Shown: positions 40,310-57,040 of the stretch, piece by piece
Layout of the letters: each line of letters begins with the position of its first letter
Numbering within the stretch: the first letter of the stretch is position 1
Source: Octopus vulgaris
Lineage: Eukaryota
DNA: 64,000 nt
Direction of reading: 5' to 3'
Assembly: GCA_951406725.2 (NCBI GenBank)
Contig: OX597815.1
Location: forward strand, 88,846,001 to 88,910,000
Made by a program: the position numbers and the translations under genes
Notes under the pieces: model-generated
What the model was told of the DNA's origin: nothing
Databases searched by the model: none
What the model saw: only the letters and a program-made list of their open reading frames with translations

Positions 40310-41410
40310 ATTGATTTAAAATTTTGGCACAAAATCTGCACTTTTGTTAGAGAGGTTGAGTCGATTACATCAACCCCAGGGTTCAACTGGTTATTATTTT
40401 GTTGACCCACAAATGATAAAAAGCAAAGTCGATCTCGGTGGAATTTGAACTGGGAATATAAAGACAGACAAAATCTCGCTACGCACTTTGCCCGGCGTGC
40501 CAACGATTTTTCCAGCTCTCTGCATTATTTTATCTTTCAATATTGGTTTCAATTTTTGGCACAAGGCCAGCAATTTAGGGCGAGCTGACAGAATGGTTAG
40601 ACCGCATTGCAGTATTACGTCCTTGATGACGTTCTGCGTTCAAATTCCGCCGCTGTCGTCTTTGCCTTTCACACTTCCGGTGTCAATAAAATATGTACCT
40701 GTTGAACAATATGGCCGGTGTAATCGACGTACCCCTCCCTCGGAAATGCTGGCCTTGTACCAAAATTATTACTTCACACGGTGACCAGGCAGAATCGTTA
40801 GAACGCCGGGTAAAATGCTCAGCGGCATTTCGCTAGTCTTCACGTTCTGAGTTTGTATCCATCAAGGTCGGCTTTGTCTTTTATCCTCTCGGGGTCAATA
40901 AAATTACTTTCTGGCAAAATTACTATTTAAAGCGGCGAGCTGGCAGATCGGTTAGCACGCCGGGCAAAATGCGTAGGGATCAAATCTCACTGAGGTCCAC
41001 TTTGCATTTCGTCCTTTCGAGGGTCGCTAAATTTTGTAATACCTTTCTTGAAATTGCTGGCTTTCTGCTAAAAATTGAAAGCAATATTAAAGCGGCGAGC
41101 TGAGAGAACCATCACGGCGCAAGGATAATGCTTCGTCTGTATCTAGGTTCTGCCGAGGTTTAATTTGTCTTTCATTATTTCTGAGTCTATAAAGTAAGTA
41201 CCAGTTGAGCATTGGGGTCAATGTAATCGATTTACCCTCTACTACAAAATTGTTGGCTGTTTGCCAAAACTTGCAACCAATATAAAAGCTGCAAGCAGGC
41301 AGAATCGCAAGCGAACATCGCATAAAACCTGAGCGGTATTTCGTCCGTCTTTACGTTTCCATTTCAAATGCCACCAAGGTCGACTTTGCTTCCATCCTTT
41401 CACGATCTAT
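40310..41410. mobile_element. Cluster of roughly six nested, diverged SINE family B fragments on both strands
   Basis: Repeated GCGGCGAGCTG, GGCAGAATCG and GTCGACTTTGCCTTTCATCC-like motifs near 40430, 40650, 40790, 40930, 41090, 41300. Confidence 0.8.
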
Positions 41411-41719
41411 AATATACACAAAGAAGGAGCATACATGTAGCTTTGTATTTAGCTTGCTATTTCATCATGGTATTCCCCACAAGTCCGAAATTATTACACT
41501 GCATTAGTATATGCTCCTACTTAGAGTTGCAGCCACTGTCTGAGGAAAATATTTCCCTTAATATTGTCATGTCGATTGAGGATCTTTGGCCACAAAGCTA
41601 ATCTTTACCACAAGATAGAGGTCTAACTATACAAACATTTGCGCTTTGTCCTGTGGGGCATTGCATATATCGTTAAGTATATATGTACATGTGCGTGTGT
41701 ATGATACTACGTGTGTGCC

Positions 41720-41900
41720 GTTGGCGATTTCTATTCCTTCTTTGCACCTCTCCCTTTAACCTCTCCGACGAAGAGGTGTGCTCGAAACGTCAAACTCTCT
41801 CTCTTTTCACCGAGCGCCAAGCTAATGCATTACTTGTGCACGTTCTCATGTTCGTTTTTATTCGTTTTTTAGTCGTTTATTTGATTTGTTTAATTGAAAT
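41720..41900 (+). mobile_element. Solo PLE terminal-repeat remnant with minimal-hammerhead-like motif
   Basis: CCGACGA-AGAGGTGTGCTC-GAAA-C-GTC, followed by CCGAGCG..CTAAT as in the other copies. Confidence 0.6.
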
Positions 41901-42157
41901 GACTATATATATATATATCAAAATAAGCAACACGGTATCCAGACGTAATGCAGTACGATCGTTTCAAGCAACTCCATTTAATTGAATAAGGCAATTACAT
42001 CAATTTAAATGCAGAGCAATTCGCTGCTACATAAATATATAGAATTAAATTAAGTTAAGACAGATGGACACATTAGTATACTTTTATAATTTTACCTAAA
42101 ACCTCCAAAAAGGTAAGGAGATAGACAAAGACCATACTATATATATATAATATGCTA

Positions 42158-42228
<71 letters not shown>

Positions 42229-42466
42229 CGTCAAATTGTTAAATACATGTATCTATTTGTATGCAATGCCATTCTTCCTTACTGTAAACATTGACAGTCA
42301 AAACATAATCGATCATATTAGATTATATACTGAATATATGAATATATTTAATTTTATTTAAACAAATCCTCATAAACAGACGTGCACATACACACACATA
42401 CACACAAACACACACACGTATATATATTCAGAAATATGTACGCATGCATATATTTGTGTGTGTGTG

Positions 42467-42505
<39 letters not shown>

Positions 42506-42757
42506 CTTTCTTCTGTATGTCTCTATGTATTTATATAATATTCAAAGCTTATTGTTAAATTTGTATATACGTTCTGCATACCAGTTTTGGAGATGGTTCA
42601 ATACTTTGGGAAAACTTCCAAGGTGGGGAGAATACTTGTATACCCATTTAGCAATTAGCGTTCAATCATCTATATTTTATAATCCACACACCTTATGTGT
42701 GTTGTGTGCATTACATACTTTTTAGACTAATTTGTGGTTTGCACATAAATAAAATTA

Positions 42758-42826
<69 letters not shown>

Positions 42827-43039
42827 GTGTGTGTGCGCGTGTATACACAGAGAGAGATTCATAACATGTTTGAATACATATACATGTATATTTGCGTGCG
42901 CGTCTGTATGTGTGTATATTCATACTTATAAACATACACAAACATGCACACTCCCACGCAACCAGACACGCGCACACATACATACACACACACATATGTA
43001 TATATATATTCGTATACTCACGTATGTATTCACATACAT

Positions 43040-43080
<41 letters not shown>

Positions 43081-43210
43081 CACACATATATATATATATA
43101 TATATATATTTACAATTGAGGATAACATCTTTATAAGAAATTATCAGTAGTTAGCGTGAAAAATCTCGGGTCCCTCCTAGCGTGCGGTATCTATGAATAT
43201 TGGTACCCTC

Positions 43211-43265
<55 letters not shown>

Positions 43266-44466
43266 TAATATATAATATACATATATGTGTGTGTGCGTAT
43301 GTATATGTAGGTAAATATACATCTGTATTCATACATGCACGGGTTGACGTATATATGCACTCTCCGCAATACAATGATTCATTGTCAAAAATTGATTGAT
43401 TATATTGATCTATGTGAACATGCTCTTACATCACGTTATGTTTTAAACCAATTTTGAGTTTATATTAACGTAAATACTTCTCCAAATTTCTTTTCAAATG
43501 TGCTTGAATTCGCTTGGTGCAATATAATGTTATCAATGTTTTGCTACAATGTTTCCACGTGGTGTACTATATCATTAGAAATGTCAGTTCGAATTGGAGA
43601 ACTCGTTAAGCAGCCGTATTTATAATGCATTCAAATAATCATATAACGAAGTGACACTAAACACATGTCATTCTCTATCATACTGATTTGTTTGCCGTGT
43701 ATGGAAAGAATTCGAAAGGACGTCACACCTGAGATTACAATTTGTTAAATTCTAGCAGAATGTAAGTAAATCATAACGAGAACACTTCCCAACCAAACAT
43801 ATATATCTAAATAAAAGTAGAAAATGAGAAAATATACATCGTAAAAGAAAAGTGATAGAATGAAGCATTTTGACACTTTAATTATATTTGTGAAATACAG
43901 CAAACAAGAAATGTTGTGTATTCATACTCTACACTGCACTAAAAATACAATTAATGAGTAAACAAAATGGAGGAATATTTCTGACAGGTTTATCGTAATA
44001 TAAATAGAGTTAATTTCATTCCCGTACCATATTTATATATTGAGTGTCGTAGAAGCATCTCTTTTCGTCACTCGAATAACCATACTTAAGAGATAATTTA
44101 TTGACAGCTGTTTTTAATTTGTTGTGGTGTTTTCAGAAAGCATATTCGGAGAGTGCAAGACATCCCTCCTAAATAAGACATATTTTGGACGATATGTAGC
44201 GGCACCTGAAAGTCTGCCGATGATGGGAAGTGTTAATTATTCTTTTTTACAATGCAAACGGGTGTTTATTGTTGGTCTTCGTTAGCTATGATGTATTGTT
44301 ATTACACCTTGGTAATTTGACATTTGGCAAAAATAACGGAACGTTATTCTTTCCTGTCTAATTCATGTCAGAACTGAAACTCAAAGTTTCAATGATGGTT
44401 ACAATTAATGCAACTGCGATATTAAAACATATGAATACAATTAGTACGCACAGACACGCGCACACA

Positions 44467-44517
<51 letters not shown>

Positions 44518-44518
44518 T

Positions 44519-44644
<126 letters not shown>

Positions 44645-44699
44645 TATTTAATAACACATGTATATGCGTGTGTGTGTATGTATCGAAGTATATTTATGA

Positions 44700-45110
44700 T
44701 AGACATGCTGCTTGCTACTTCTTTTCTGAAGATTATACGATCATATGTTGGCAGGTGTCTTTGCAGCCCAGCTTTCGTTCTGCAGGGATGTTCAAAGATG
44801 TTACACTTATTTATCTTTTTGGTACACTTGTACAGCGATGCGCAGGATAGAACCATCTTACAAGCTCGATGTTTCCTAGGATCATGTGAATTTAGATTAG
44901 TTCGCACATATTTCACTTCAATTTCTTCTGAGGATTTGAAGGCACTGCACTTGGATTCCGCTTACAGAGTGAACGCTTCATATCAGCATGTTCCACATGC
45001 TTTTTCTCACAGTCACCACAACTATAGATGGTAGTCTATGTCCATGATGTACAGCTTTCAGTAATATGCCTTCTAGGTAGTCATATCACTATCCAAAGCC
45101 TTAAGGTTGT
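44700..45110 (-). mobile_element. RTE-like LINE 3' fragment with terminal C2H2-like remnant
   Basis: ..KCNIFEHPCRTKAGLQRHL; second copy at 38960-39130. Confidence 0.65.
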
Positions 45111-46780
45111 TATTTTAATGATATCCTTAAATCGCTACCTAGGTATTCATACGAAAAATATATACTCGTGTTTGATGTTCTATTTTCTTGTTTGCATTGT
45201 TAAACCTACATAGAGCCTATTTTTTACCGCTTGATTACATCTGGATAACATTACAAATGACAAAAACAAAAACCCCAAAACCCTAAAGCAATGAGTAGAC
45301 GAATATTGACCTCTTGAATTGTAATGAATTTAAGCGATTCGGGAAAAAGATTCCCTTCTGCAGTTGTGTCCAATGACAACTGAACAAAGAACACAATACA
45401 ATTTCAATCATCTCGGAAAAGGAGCCATTTCTCACACCCTTTCTTTCTTTATTTATTTTCCTTTTCCTCCCTCTAACCAAGTCTCCAGAAATTCACTTAA
45501 ACACATACTTACACACACACACAAATATACACATACACAAATACACGCACGCGTGCACACACATTTATGGATTAAAAATGAAAAAGGTTATTCTGTTCCC
45601 AATTCAAATCCAGGTTTTTTTCAACTAACATATATGCAAAAGGCATGTTTTCTGTTTAAAAAATAATCCCTGAAGTATCTTTAAAGCGAGATGAAAACGT
45701 TAAATAAATAATGATCCAAAATGTTGATTACCTCGTTTTTTTTAATATAACATTTGTACATCACTTCAAACAATCTATAGATGCTAATACACGCCCACGC
45801 ACACGCGTGCACACACACACACACACACAAACATATGCACACACGCGCACACACACTCACACATACATACACACCCACATGCACATCTAAATTTGCATGT
45901 ATGCAACCAGGTTCACAAAGGCACTTCCTGTTCTACTGTATTTGTTTAAACATATTATTGTAATAAAGATGGTATTTATTGATACGTGCAATTGGATATT
46001 AGTAATTGCAGTATCCCCGTCTAGTGATATTTACTTCTTGTTATATAACTTCTGCATATTAACTTAAGTGCGATGAATGAAAACAGACATTACATATTTA
46101 TATTTTCCTCCCCTCCCGTATTAAGTAAATACGCAACCATTAGCTATCAACTATAACATTATATCAAGCAAATAATAGTATTTGACATTTACTACTTTCA
46201 AAGAGAATTTGGTTGTTTCCATCACCCATGTGATCCCAGGAGCAGTACTAAGATATCGTGTTATCATATTTACAGTTAGCAAACTAGCTGAATCCCCTTT
46301 CTGTTTGTCTTTCTGATATACTTAGCAGAGTAAGTGAATGTAGTACTGTAAACTAATAAGACAAACATCTCTTTCAGCGTGTCGTATACATATTTACAGT
46401 GTTTTCGACAATGAAAATGTATGTATAAAGAGGTAGTAGTTTAGACTATATAAGAGTTCAAAATATCGGTTACTCTTACAACTCAGTGGCAGTGACTATG
46501 TACAAGCCTTCGTCTCTTGATCGGTTTCGCGATTGTTTAGATCATTATAACTTATTCTGAAGACATCGGATATTGAAATAAAATTGAATCCAATTTGTAA
46601 TGCAAAGAGAAAGATATCATGGCTCTCTGGTCGATAGTTATGGCAACATAAACATTAAGAATATTGAGATATAGGCGCAGAAAAGGCTGGGTATTTAAGT
46701 ATTTCTCATTGTGCTGTTTGATCTCGAGTGGAGTCACATCTGCTGTAGCCGCAGTTATTAAATGTATGAGACAAAAACTT

Positions 46781-46899
<119 letters not shown>

Positions 46900-48199
46900 C
46901 TGCTTGTATGTAGGTATGTATGTATGTATGTATACATGTATTCATTCTTATCTTCAGACGGTACTTGAGACGTTTTAAGAAGATTTAATGCGTATTGATT
47001 ACTAGGTTATTCGTCTCCTTTGGTAATCATGAAAATATATTAATGAAACAAATCCCAATCAGAAACATTATAGGTATTGTTTAACTCATACATACTTTAG
47101 AAAATGACTAAATGTAAATGAAATATTATGAATTTCATATAACATGCTATAATCAAACTGTTTTCACTGCCTGTATCCACCACAAGATCTATTGAATTAA
47201 GTCAGGATACAAAAGGAATCGAAAGAAGGAAAGTTTATAGCTAACTTCACATCGAATAACTGAAAGAAATTTCAGTTTCAAAATAAAAATGTGAATGCTG
47301 CTTTTAGTGAAACACTTTTCATCCAAACTATTAAAAAATGCAATTGGAAATCTGGAAAATATTTATACACGTTTTTCGTCAATGTTTTCAGTTCCCTAAC
47401 TCTTAAAAAATATTCACTTTGAACTATAGGTTCGCAAGCCTGCTCACTTTGAAAAATCTAGTCAGCAACATTACATATATTCCACTACTATATCATCACA
47501 GAAAAAAATAAAAATTGAAAACAAAATTAAAACAATAAAACCGTATATTTTAGTATAGCTATATTGTGTTTTCGAATTTATAAGTTTTAACTTGTCGCCT
47601 GTTTTATGAATCTAATTTTTATTATCGAACATAAAGTTTTCGTGTTTATTGCTATTGTACTAAAAAGGAAAATGAAAACTGTGTGAACGACAAAAACAAT
47701 CACGAGAAACAAACATTTATAGTTTTGAATGGGTTGTACATTATATATGCGATTATAACATTGATACATACAAATATCAATATATTCATACAAACAGACC
47801 TATTTCTATTATAAATATATAAATGAATCTGCTTGAATCCTGGATTATGGCAGATCACAATATGCTCAGAAGAATATTAGTTGGGCTGTCTTGTCAATTG
47901 AATTACCATTTTAAGTTATCCTCATGAACAGCGTGTGGATTACATTATTTCATATGACAAGAGTTAGCTATTTCTCAGTAGACATTTATATTAATACGAA
48001 GTATGTAATTACATGTATGTTACTTTTGCTTTCAGTTGAAAGGAGAGAAGATATACTGAGCAAAATGGCAGGCAAAAAGTGGATGAGTGGAACGCAGAGG
48101 GAAGTTGTAGTGGTCGGACGGAAAAAAAGAGAGGGGGTGAGAAGGAGAAATGAAGAACCCATACAAACACAAAAGCACGTGCACATAATCATTAAAACG

Positions 48200-48400
48200 T
48201 AATATTATCCTTTCTACTATAGGCACAGGGCTTAATAGTTCGGGGGGAGGGTCTGAGTCGATTACATCGACCCTACTTGTACTTGTTTTAACGACACCAA
48301 AATGATGCAAAGTCGACGACATTTGAACTCAGATCGTATAGACGGAAGAAATGCTGTTAAGCATTTTGGCCAGCGCACTTACGCTTCTGCGAGATCACCA
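48200..48400 (-). mobile_element. SINE family B, alternative tail
   Basis: Reverse complement of tail ..CCTGTGCCTATAGTAGAAAGGATAATA and of head motifs. Confidence 0.8.
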
Positions 48401-48427
48401 CATTTATAATAATAACAAAATGTGCAA

Positions 48428-48950
48428 GGTGGCGAGCTGGCAGAATCGTGAGCACGCTGGGCGAAAATGCTTGGAGATATTTCGTCCGTCTTTACGTTCT
48501 GAGTTCAACTTCCGTCGTGGTTGACTTTGCCTTTCATCCTTTTAAGGCGGCGAGCTGGCAGAATCTTGAGCACGCCGGACGAAATACTTAGCTGTATTTC
48601 GTCTGTCTTTATGTTCTGAGTTCAAATTCCGCCGAGGTCGACTTTGCCTTTCATCCTTTCGGGGTCGATTAAATAAGTACCAGTTACGCACTGGGGTCGA
48701 TATAATCGACTTAATCCGTTTGTCTGTCCTTGTTTGTCCTCTCTGCGTTTAGCCCCTTGTGGGTAGTAAAGAAATAGGTATTTCGTCTGTCTTTACGTTC
48801 TGAGTTCAAATTCCGCCGATGTCGACTTTGCTTTTCATCATTTCGGGGTGTATAAATTAAGTACCAGTTGCATACTGAGGTCTATCCAATCGACTGGCCC
48901 CTTCCCCCAAGCTTTCGGGCCTTGTGCCTAGGGTAGAAACGAATAATAAA
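48428..48950 (+). mobile_element. Three tandem/nested SINE family B units (middle one has Tx1 tail, last has alternative tail)
   Basis: Heads at 48428 and 48546; Tx1 tail ends 48776; third unit restarts at GGTATTTCGTCTG 48777. Confidence 0.9.
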
Positions 48951-49088
48951 AAAGGTAATATAATGAGAACTGTTGTATAAGACAGGTGATACTAATGGCT
49001 ATGACAGTGATAAGAAGGCGACAAAGTAATGTGTAGTTTTTCTTTTAAATGAATTGAAATATATTTTACTTCTTAAGATCTGTATATA

Positions 49089-49191
<103 letters not shown>

Positions 49192-50038
49192 GTGTGTGTA
49201 TATGAATACATGCATATATATATGTATGTACATACATATGTACACATATATATATATAGAGATTAAATCTTCAAATAGATGAATCGCTAAAACGAGCACG
49301 GGACCAGCATTGAAGTACAGATATGAATAAAAGTGAACACCGCAATGAACATTGATTCAGAAGAGGAGATAGGAAATGATAAAGTTAGAGAGAATTTGAA
49401 TGAAAGAAAACAATACAAATATGTGCAACCCATGAAAGAAATAGTTCAAGATAACAGAAAAATTTCCACAGTTTCACCTACATTTTATCAGTAAGAATCT
49501 GCCCCAGTAAGCACTAGTCTTGTCTGATATAATTTTACATCGAGCATGAATCTACATCAGTTAACATGCAAACGTTGTACAATATTTGAAAATACATGTA
49601 CAGTTTTTTACATGGGGAAATGTGTTCTTTCTTTTCAAAGGATGGAAGTATAAATCTAATAAAAAATACTATAAATCATTTCTTTTTGGAACACGAAAAA
49701 TAGAAAAATGACATGTTAAAATTATCGTTTTTTCATTTGATTTTCAATGTTTAAGTTGGAGGTATATTTGTTGTCCGAACAATCAGTTTTGAGGCTTGGA
49801 AAAGAAAGAAATATTTTATCAGCATGAAATTATATCTAAATATTATTACAGAGTATTTTGTCAGAATATTTCGCAAATGGAATAATGAATAACATTTATA
49901 ATGTCGATATATTTTCTGACTGAATATATGTATTTGTATGTATATGTATGTGTATGTGCATGCGTGTGTGTGTAAATGCGCATATGCTTTATATGGCAGT
50001 AGCCGAATGACTGAAACAAGTAAAATATGAAAAATATA

Positions 50039-50075
<37 letters not shown>

Positions 50076-50519
50076 TATAATACAAAAAAAAAGAAACGCC
50101 AAGACGAGTTAAAAGAACAGAGTGTATTGGGTTTACGCTCATATGCGTGTGTGTGTGTGTGTGTGTGTGTGAGTGTTTCGGTATGTGTGCGTGTTTGCGT
50201 GTGTATATTCATTTAAATATGTTTCATAACTGGATATAAGCAAACTATTTTTCAATTCATCTCTTTCCAATATAGCTAGATCGCCATTACTCCGACGCAT
50301 ATACCAAGTGCGATAGTATTTCCGGTTGCTTCTGATCAACAAACCTAATGATCCTGATAACGCTCATTCAACTACCTATGAAGCAATGTGCCTTACAGAC
50401 AGCCCTTATAGCCACCAAACATCTCAATCTTTCTTTGTCTTTTTGTTTTTCATTCTCTGTAACGTTGGCCGTCTTATCGTTTCTCTTTGAACTAGGATAA
50501 ACCTCGAGTTTTACAAACA

Positions 50520-51120
50520 TGTTACGTTGTGTCATATTCACATGAGTGGCAAGGTCGTAGACCCTGCCAACTACATTCCTAAGATATTCATTTTCTATAT
50601 TTGAAAATTAAAGCAGACATGGTTAGTCACATTCTCTTTCGGAATGTTAACGAGTATAACGTGTTCGTCTTTTGTGAAGCCAGATTTATTTCATCAGGAA
50701 AACTCGAGAAATTTGGGAAGAGCGGTAGAGTTGCCTTCGACATCAGCAAAGCTTTTGATTAAGACTAGCACATGAATGTTCTGTCAAAAGAGGGTGGTTA
50801 TGATCAGCGTTTGTCTCTCATCCCTCACATCTATGGTTTCTTGTGAGATGGCACTATCAGATAATGCATTAATGAAGTTCTCCCTGTGTTATATAGTTTA
50901 TCTCCTTTATTACGCACCACAGTTAAATTTCGGTGCTCTTACGGTTTCTACTACACACAAACAACCTACTTGTCATGATCTTCAACAGTGTCCACTTCCT
51001 ACATAGATGAATCAACGTTTCCTAACTGAACCGAGGTGTCATTCATATGCAACGTAAATCATATCCACATAGATTCTATATACAAAACATCGAAATGAAA
51101 TTCTGTAAGTGCGTGTCAAT
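50520..51120 (+). mobile_element. Heavily decayed CR1/Jockey-group LINE RT
   Basis: DPANYIP, VAFDISKAFD*, SYIDEST (degenerate YADD) in the expected order. Confidence 0.65.
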
Positions 51121-51554
51121 CTTCAACGATAATAAAAACAGTATCGTTGCAACGACAACAAAAGCACTATCATTGCACTCTTAAAATAAACATTTCCGCG
51201 CACTACTCAATCGGAAACATAAACAGCACATAACAAAGACCTTCATGATAGCTTTATATATCTTTGCTATCATAAGGATTTCTCCTGACGAACTCACAAC
51301 CTTAAGATAGCAAATATTGTATCTCAAAGGCATGAATTTCAACCCAGAGCAAAATAATTCTTTAATTATTAACAACTACTAACCTTCTACAAATCTTAAG
51401 TGAGTCTTGCAGCGGAATAATGCTCCATTCATCAAAAATCACTAGAATGTTCGGGGTGATGTCACACATAAAAACTGTAGAATTTCTGGTCTACAAATCA
51501 ACTGACACTCCCCTGCAGCAACAACATGTTAGCAGCACCTTTCTCCGAACTAAT

Positions 51555-51626
<72 letters not shown>

Positions 51627-51654
51627 TTACTACTACTACTACTACTACTACTAT

Positions 51655-51695
<41 letters not shown>

Positions 51696-51696
51696 T

Positions 51697-51743
<47 letters not shown>
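51555..51743. repeat. (TAC)n microsatellite
   Basis: Direct reading; occasional TAT interruptions. Confidence 0.98.
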
Positions 51744-51744
<1 letters not shown>

Positions 51745-51857
51745 ATATGTATATATATTACACATATGTACACACACAAACACAATACATGTATACAAAT
51801 ACATATGCACACACATATACATGTGTGTATGTATGTATATATATATGTGTGTGTGAC

Positions 51858-53872
<2,015 letters not shown>

Positions 53873-55655
53873 CATGTAATACAAAACAGGAAAAATAACG
53901 AATCATTATTAAATTAAATACTAATCAAAGTAAATCACTGTGATAGCACCTTCCCAATAGTTAAATAAATCTAAATTAACAATCAAGACTACCGAAGAGC
54001 TGCTTCAACGTAGATAACGATGATGATTATCTCTGCAACAGAAGGATGCGTAACATTTATGTTAAGCGGAATAGATGCATATTTTACCACAGGATTTACA
54101 AAATTTACAGTTAATTACGTCATATAAAAGGTGAAAAAATATGATAAATTAAGTTATAGAGAATGTTAATTATGTGATTGAAAACTTTGAAACAGTTAAT
54201 TAAATATTCGTAGTTTACAGCGCTTTCATTGCTATTCAGACATCTGCTTCAGATTTGTATAAGATTCACTAAAATAGTATTGATGTTTTGATAATATAGA
54301 TACAACAAAATTGTAAATATCTCTTGGCATTTAAGAGTTATTGTGAATAAATGTTTGTTGACTTAAACAACATTTTTCCTTCACGTAAAATGAATTTTAA
54401 ATTTCTCCAAAATTTTCAAAGAGTTCGATTGTTCAATAGATTGCTAGTGTTTTTGAAAACATCAGTATAATGTTGTATACATATTGTGCATCACTTTAAA
54501 CCAAATTTGGAAATGTGTATTAGTTTATAACAGCGGGGTTCTCGAATATTTCATAGCACACGATTAAATTTAGATGAAGCAATTAAAACCAGTTAGTTTT
54601 AGTTCTTTCGTATTGTTACATCCAAAGAGACAACAATGACAATCAACAACAAAAACAACCACAGTTAATTGTTGATTATCTTAGAGCTACTTAGTGTATA
54701 AGTATTTCAGTAATTTGTTAAGATTAATGAATGTAATTTAGAGAAGTTGATTAAACGTTATTAATTGAAATATTAATATAATTTCTAGAACGCATAAACA
54801 TTACTTGGTTGTAAGACTCCCACACGGAAACATCAGCGCAGCGAACAAGTAATCATTCTATATATTGTAATAAGCAAACAAAAGAAATGTGTTTCGTAAT
54901 GAAAAAAAAAAGTAGTTTTTATATATGTCACCCAGGTGGGGATAATTGAAATTACTATGAAAATTAGGAGCGTGAGGAAAAGAGTATCAAACCAGAATGA
55001 AATATATCGAAGAGCATATCAATATTTCTGTCATAAAATTAAACAGTAATAAATCAGTCAAATCAATATTCATTCATGATAGTAATGCAAGTAATGCAAG
55101 AGTTGCAAGTAATGCAACTCTCGTTTCGTATTAAAACATTTACCGGAAATTCAGACGTATGGTTTAATTTAATTCAGAGTGATCTGCTTTAAAATATTCT
55201 GAACAATTTCTTTTCTTTTTTTTTTGTATACATTTTAAATTTATTGCCATTAAACGTGGGATTCATCAGAAGCAAATAGAAATAAGTGTAAATCAAAATA
55301 ATTTTTGCGAAAATTATATATCTATATTTATATACATATACATGCATACGATATATACAAACATATATGCATGCAATATTCTAATTAATGTTTTTGAAAG
55401 AATTAATAAGAATTACTTGAGATATTTACTTCAATTCCTGTTTCTTATATTGACTGAATTGTTAAAGTGTAATGATCAGGTCATATTTTAAGTTTAGTTG
55501 AGCAAATGAAGCCGGTGTTGTTATTGTTATCACTATCGCCATCGTCATCGTCTCCTCATCGTCGTCGTCCTCCCCCTCCTCCCCTCCTCCTCGTCCTTCT
55601 TCTTCTTCAACATCATTGGTAGTTAGGCGTTGTCCTCCAACCCCACGCCTGATGT

Positions 55656-55735
55656 AGAAGAAGAAGAAGAAGAAGAAGAAGAAGAAGAAGAAGAAGAAGA
55701 AGAAGAAGAAGAAGAAGAAGAAGAAGAAGAAGAAG
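55656..55735. repeat. (GAA)n microsatellite
   Basis: Direct reading. Confidence 0.98.
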
Positions 55736-56559
55736 GATGATGATGACGATGGCGATAGTGATAACAATAATGTCTTCGATCCACAAGGTAACTGATGTTA
55801 GGTGCGGTGCGCAACATTGGCCTGTTTCCTCTCAACATAGAGTCCATAGCTATAGAAAGCTACTATTTTTTATAAATCTAATACTGTACCTGGCTAGAAT
55901 CTCATTAACTTAGGAAATTTATAGCATTCATGCTTCTCCAGCATGAAAATGTTCTGTGCATTGATTTTGTGATTCAAATTGTAGATAGTTGTATATTTGT
56001 TCCTCTCAAAGTATATCCTATTAAAATTCAATTTGATGACCATAGAATACTATAACGTTGAAAATGAACATCTGAGAAAAGTGTGCGCGCTTTCAGTTAA
56101 CATTAATTATGAATTTTCAGTTGAAAATAATATCGTAAAAGAGCGGTGTGTTTAGCGTTTATATTTTTTGCTAGTGCTTCTGTTAGCGTTTCCAACTAAA
56201 GTAGAACTGAGCGTTGTCCACGCAAGCATTGTGTGTGTGTGTGTGTGTGTGTCTTTGTGTGTCTCCATATTTGTGTATGTCAGTTTGAAATTCATTGTGT
56301 CATTTAAGTTCACAAATGTGACAAGTAGCTTTCTACAGAGACGTATTTCAATCTGAGTAAAGTATTTGGCAGGTATCGAATACAGAAGTACCAGTTTTAG
56401 TGATAGGGTTGATGTAATGAAAGAAAACTTTTGAGGTCGGTGCTGCCCCAAAGCGATCGGAGTCCAGTGGCTGAGACAATTAAACTAATAATAACCTATA
56501 AAAATTGGTAAGATCCGGTGGAGAGGTATACAAGAACACACTGGATTATCAACTCTCAT

Positions 56560-57040
56560 GTAAACATGTTCAACTTCAATGTTATTAATGCTCTTAGTTC
56601 TCTTTACAGAGAGTATAGAATACAATTTTATTAGATTCCTAAAGTTTTCAACTCAATATGCTCTCTTTCTGATTCTGTCCAGTTAACAATGTCTTTTCAA
56701 TTTTTGAACCATACCCGTAATTCTGAATTCTCCTTCTAATCAATAATGCCGTTTCTGTGTTTTCTTTCATCAAACAGACTTTTTCAAAAAATATTTTGTT
56801 AAATTCCCTTGAACCATCACTTTGTTATTTTAATCTTCAAAGGCGAATTGCTTTTCAGGTGTTAATATAAAAAGATGATAGTAATGCCTGTGTATTCTCT
56901 CGTGTTTTGTTGCAACTCGTTTGCCCATTTCTTCATCAGTTTGAAAACCCTTTCATTTTCTAATTTTCCCAGTCGTCTCTCAACATCACAGACAGTTTTT
57001 AATCAATCTTCAAATTTAAGTTCTATCATGGTTTTTAACT
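56560..57040 (-). mobile_element. Ancient R4/Dong-like RT remnant
   Basis: MIELKFED..RRLGKLENE..ELQQNTREYTGI and DIVNWTESEREHIELKT resemble the GMEFGLDKC..RGK..YKYLGI and GIINWTxxELxxIDRKT motifs; many stops. Confidence 0.45.
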
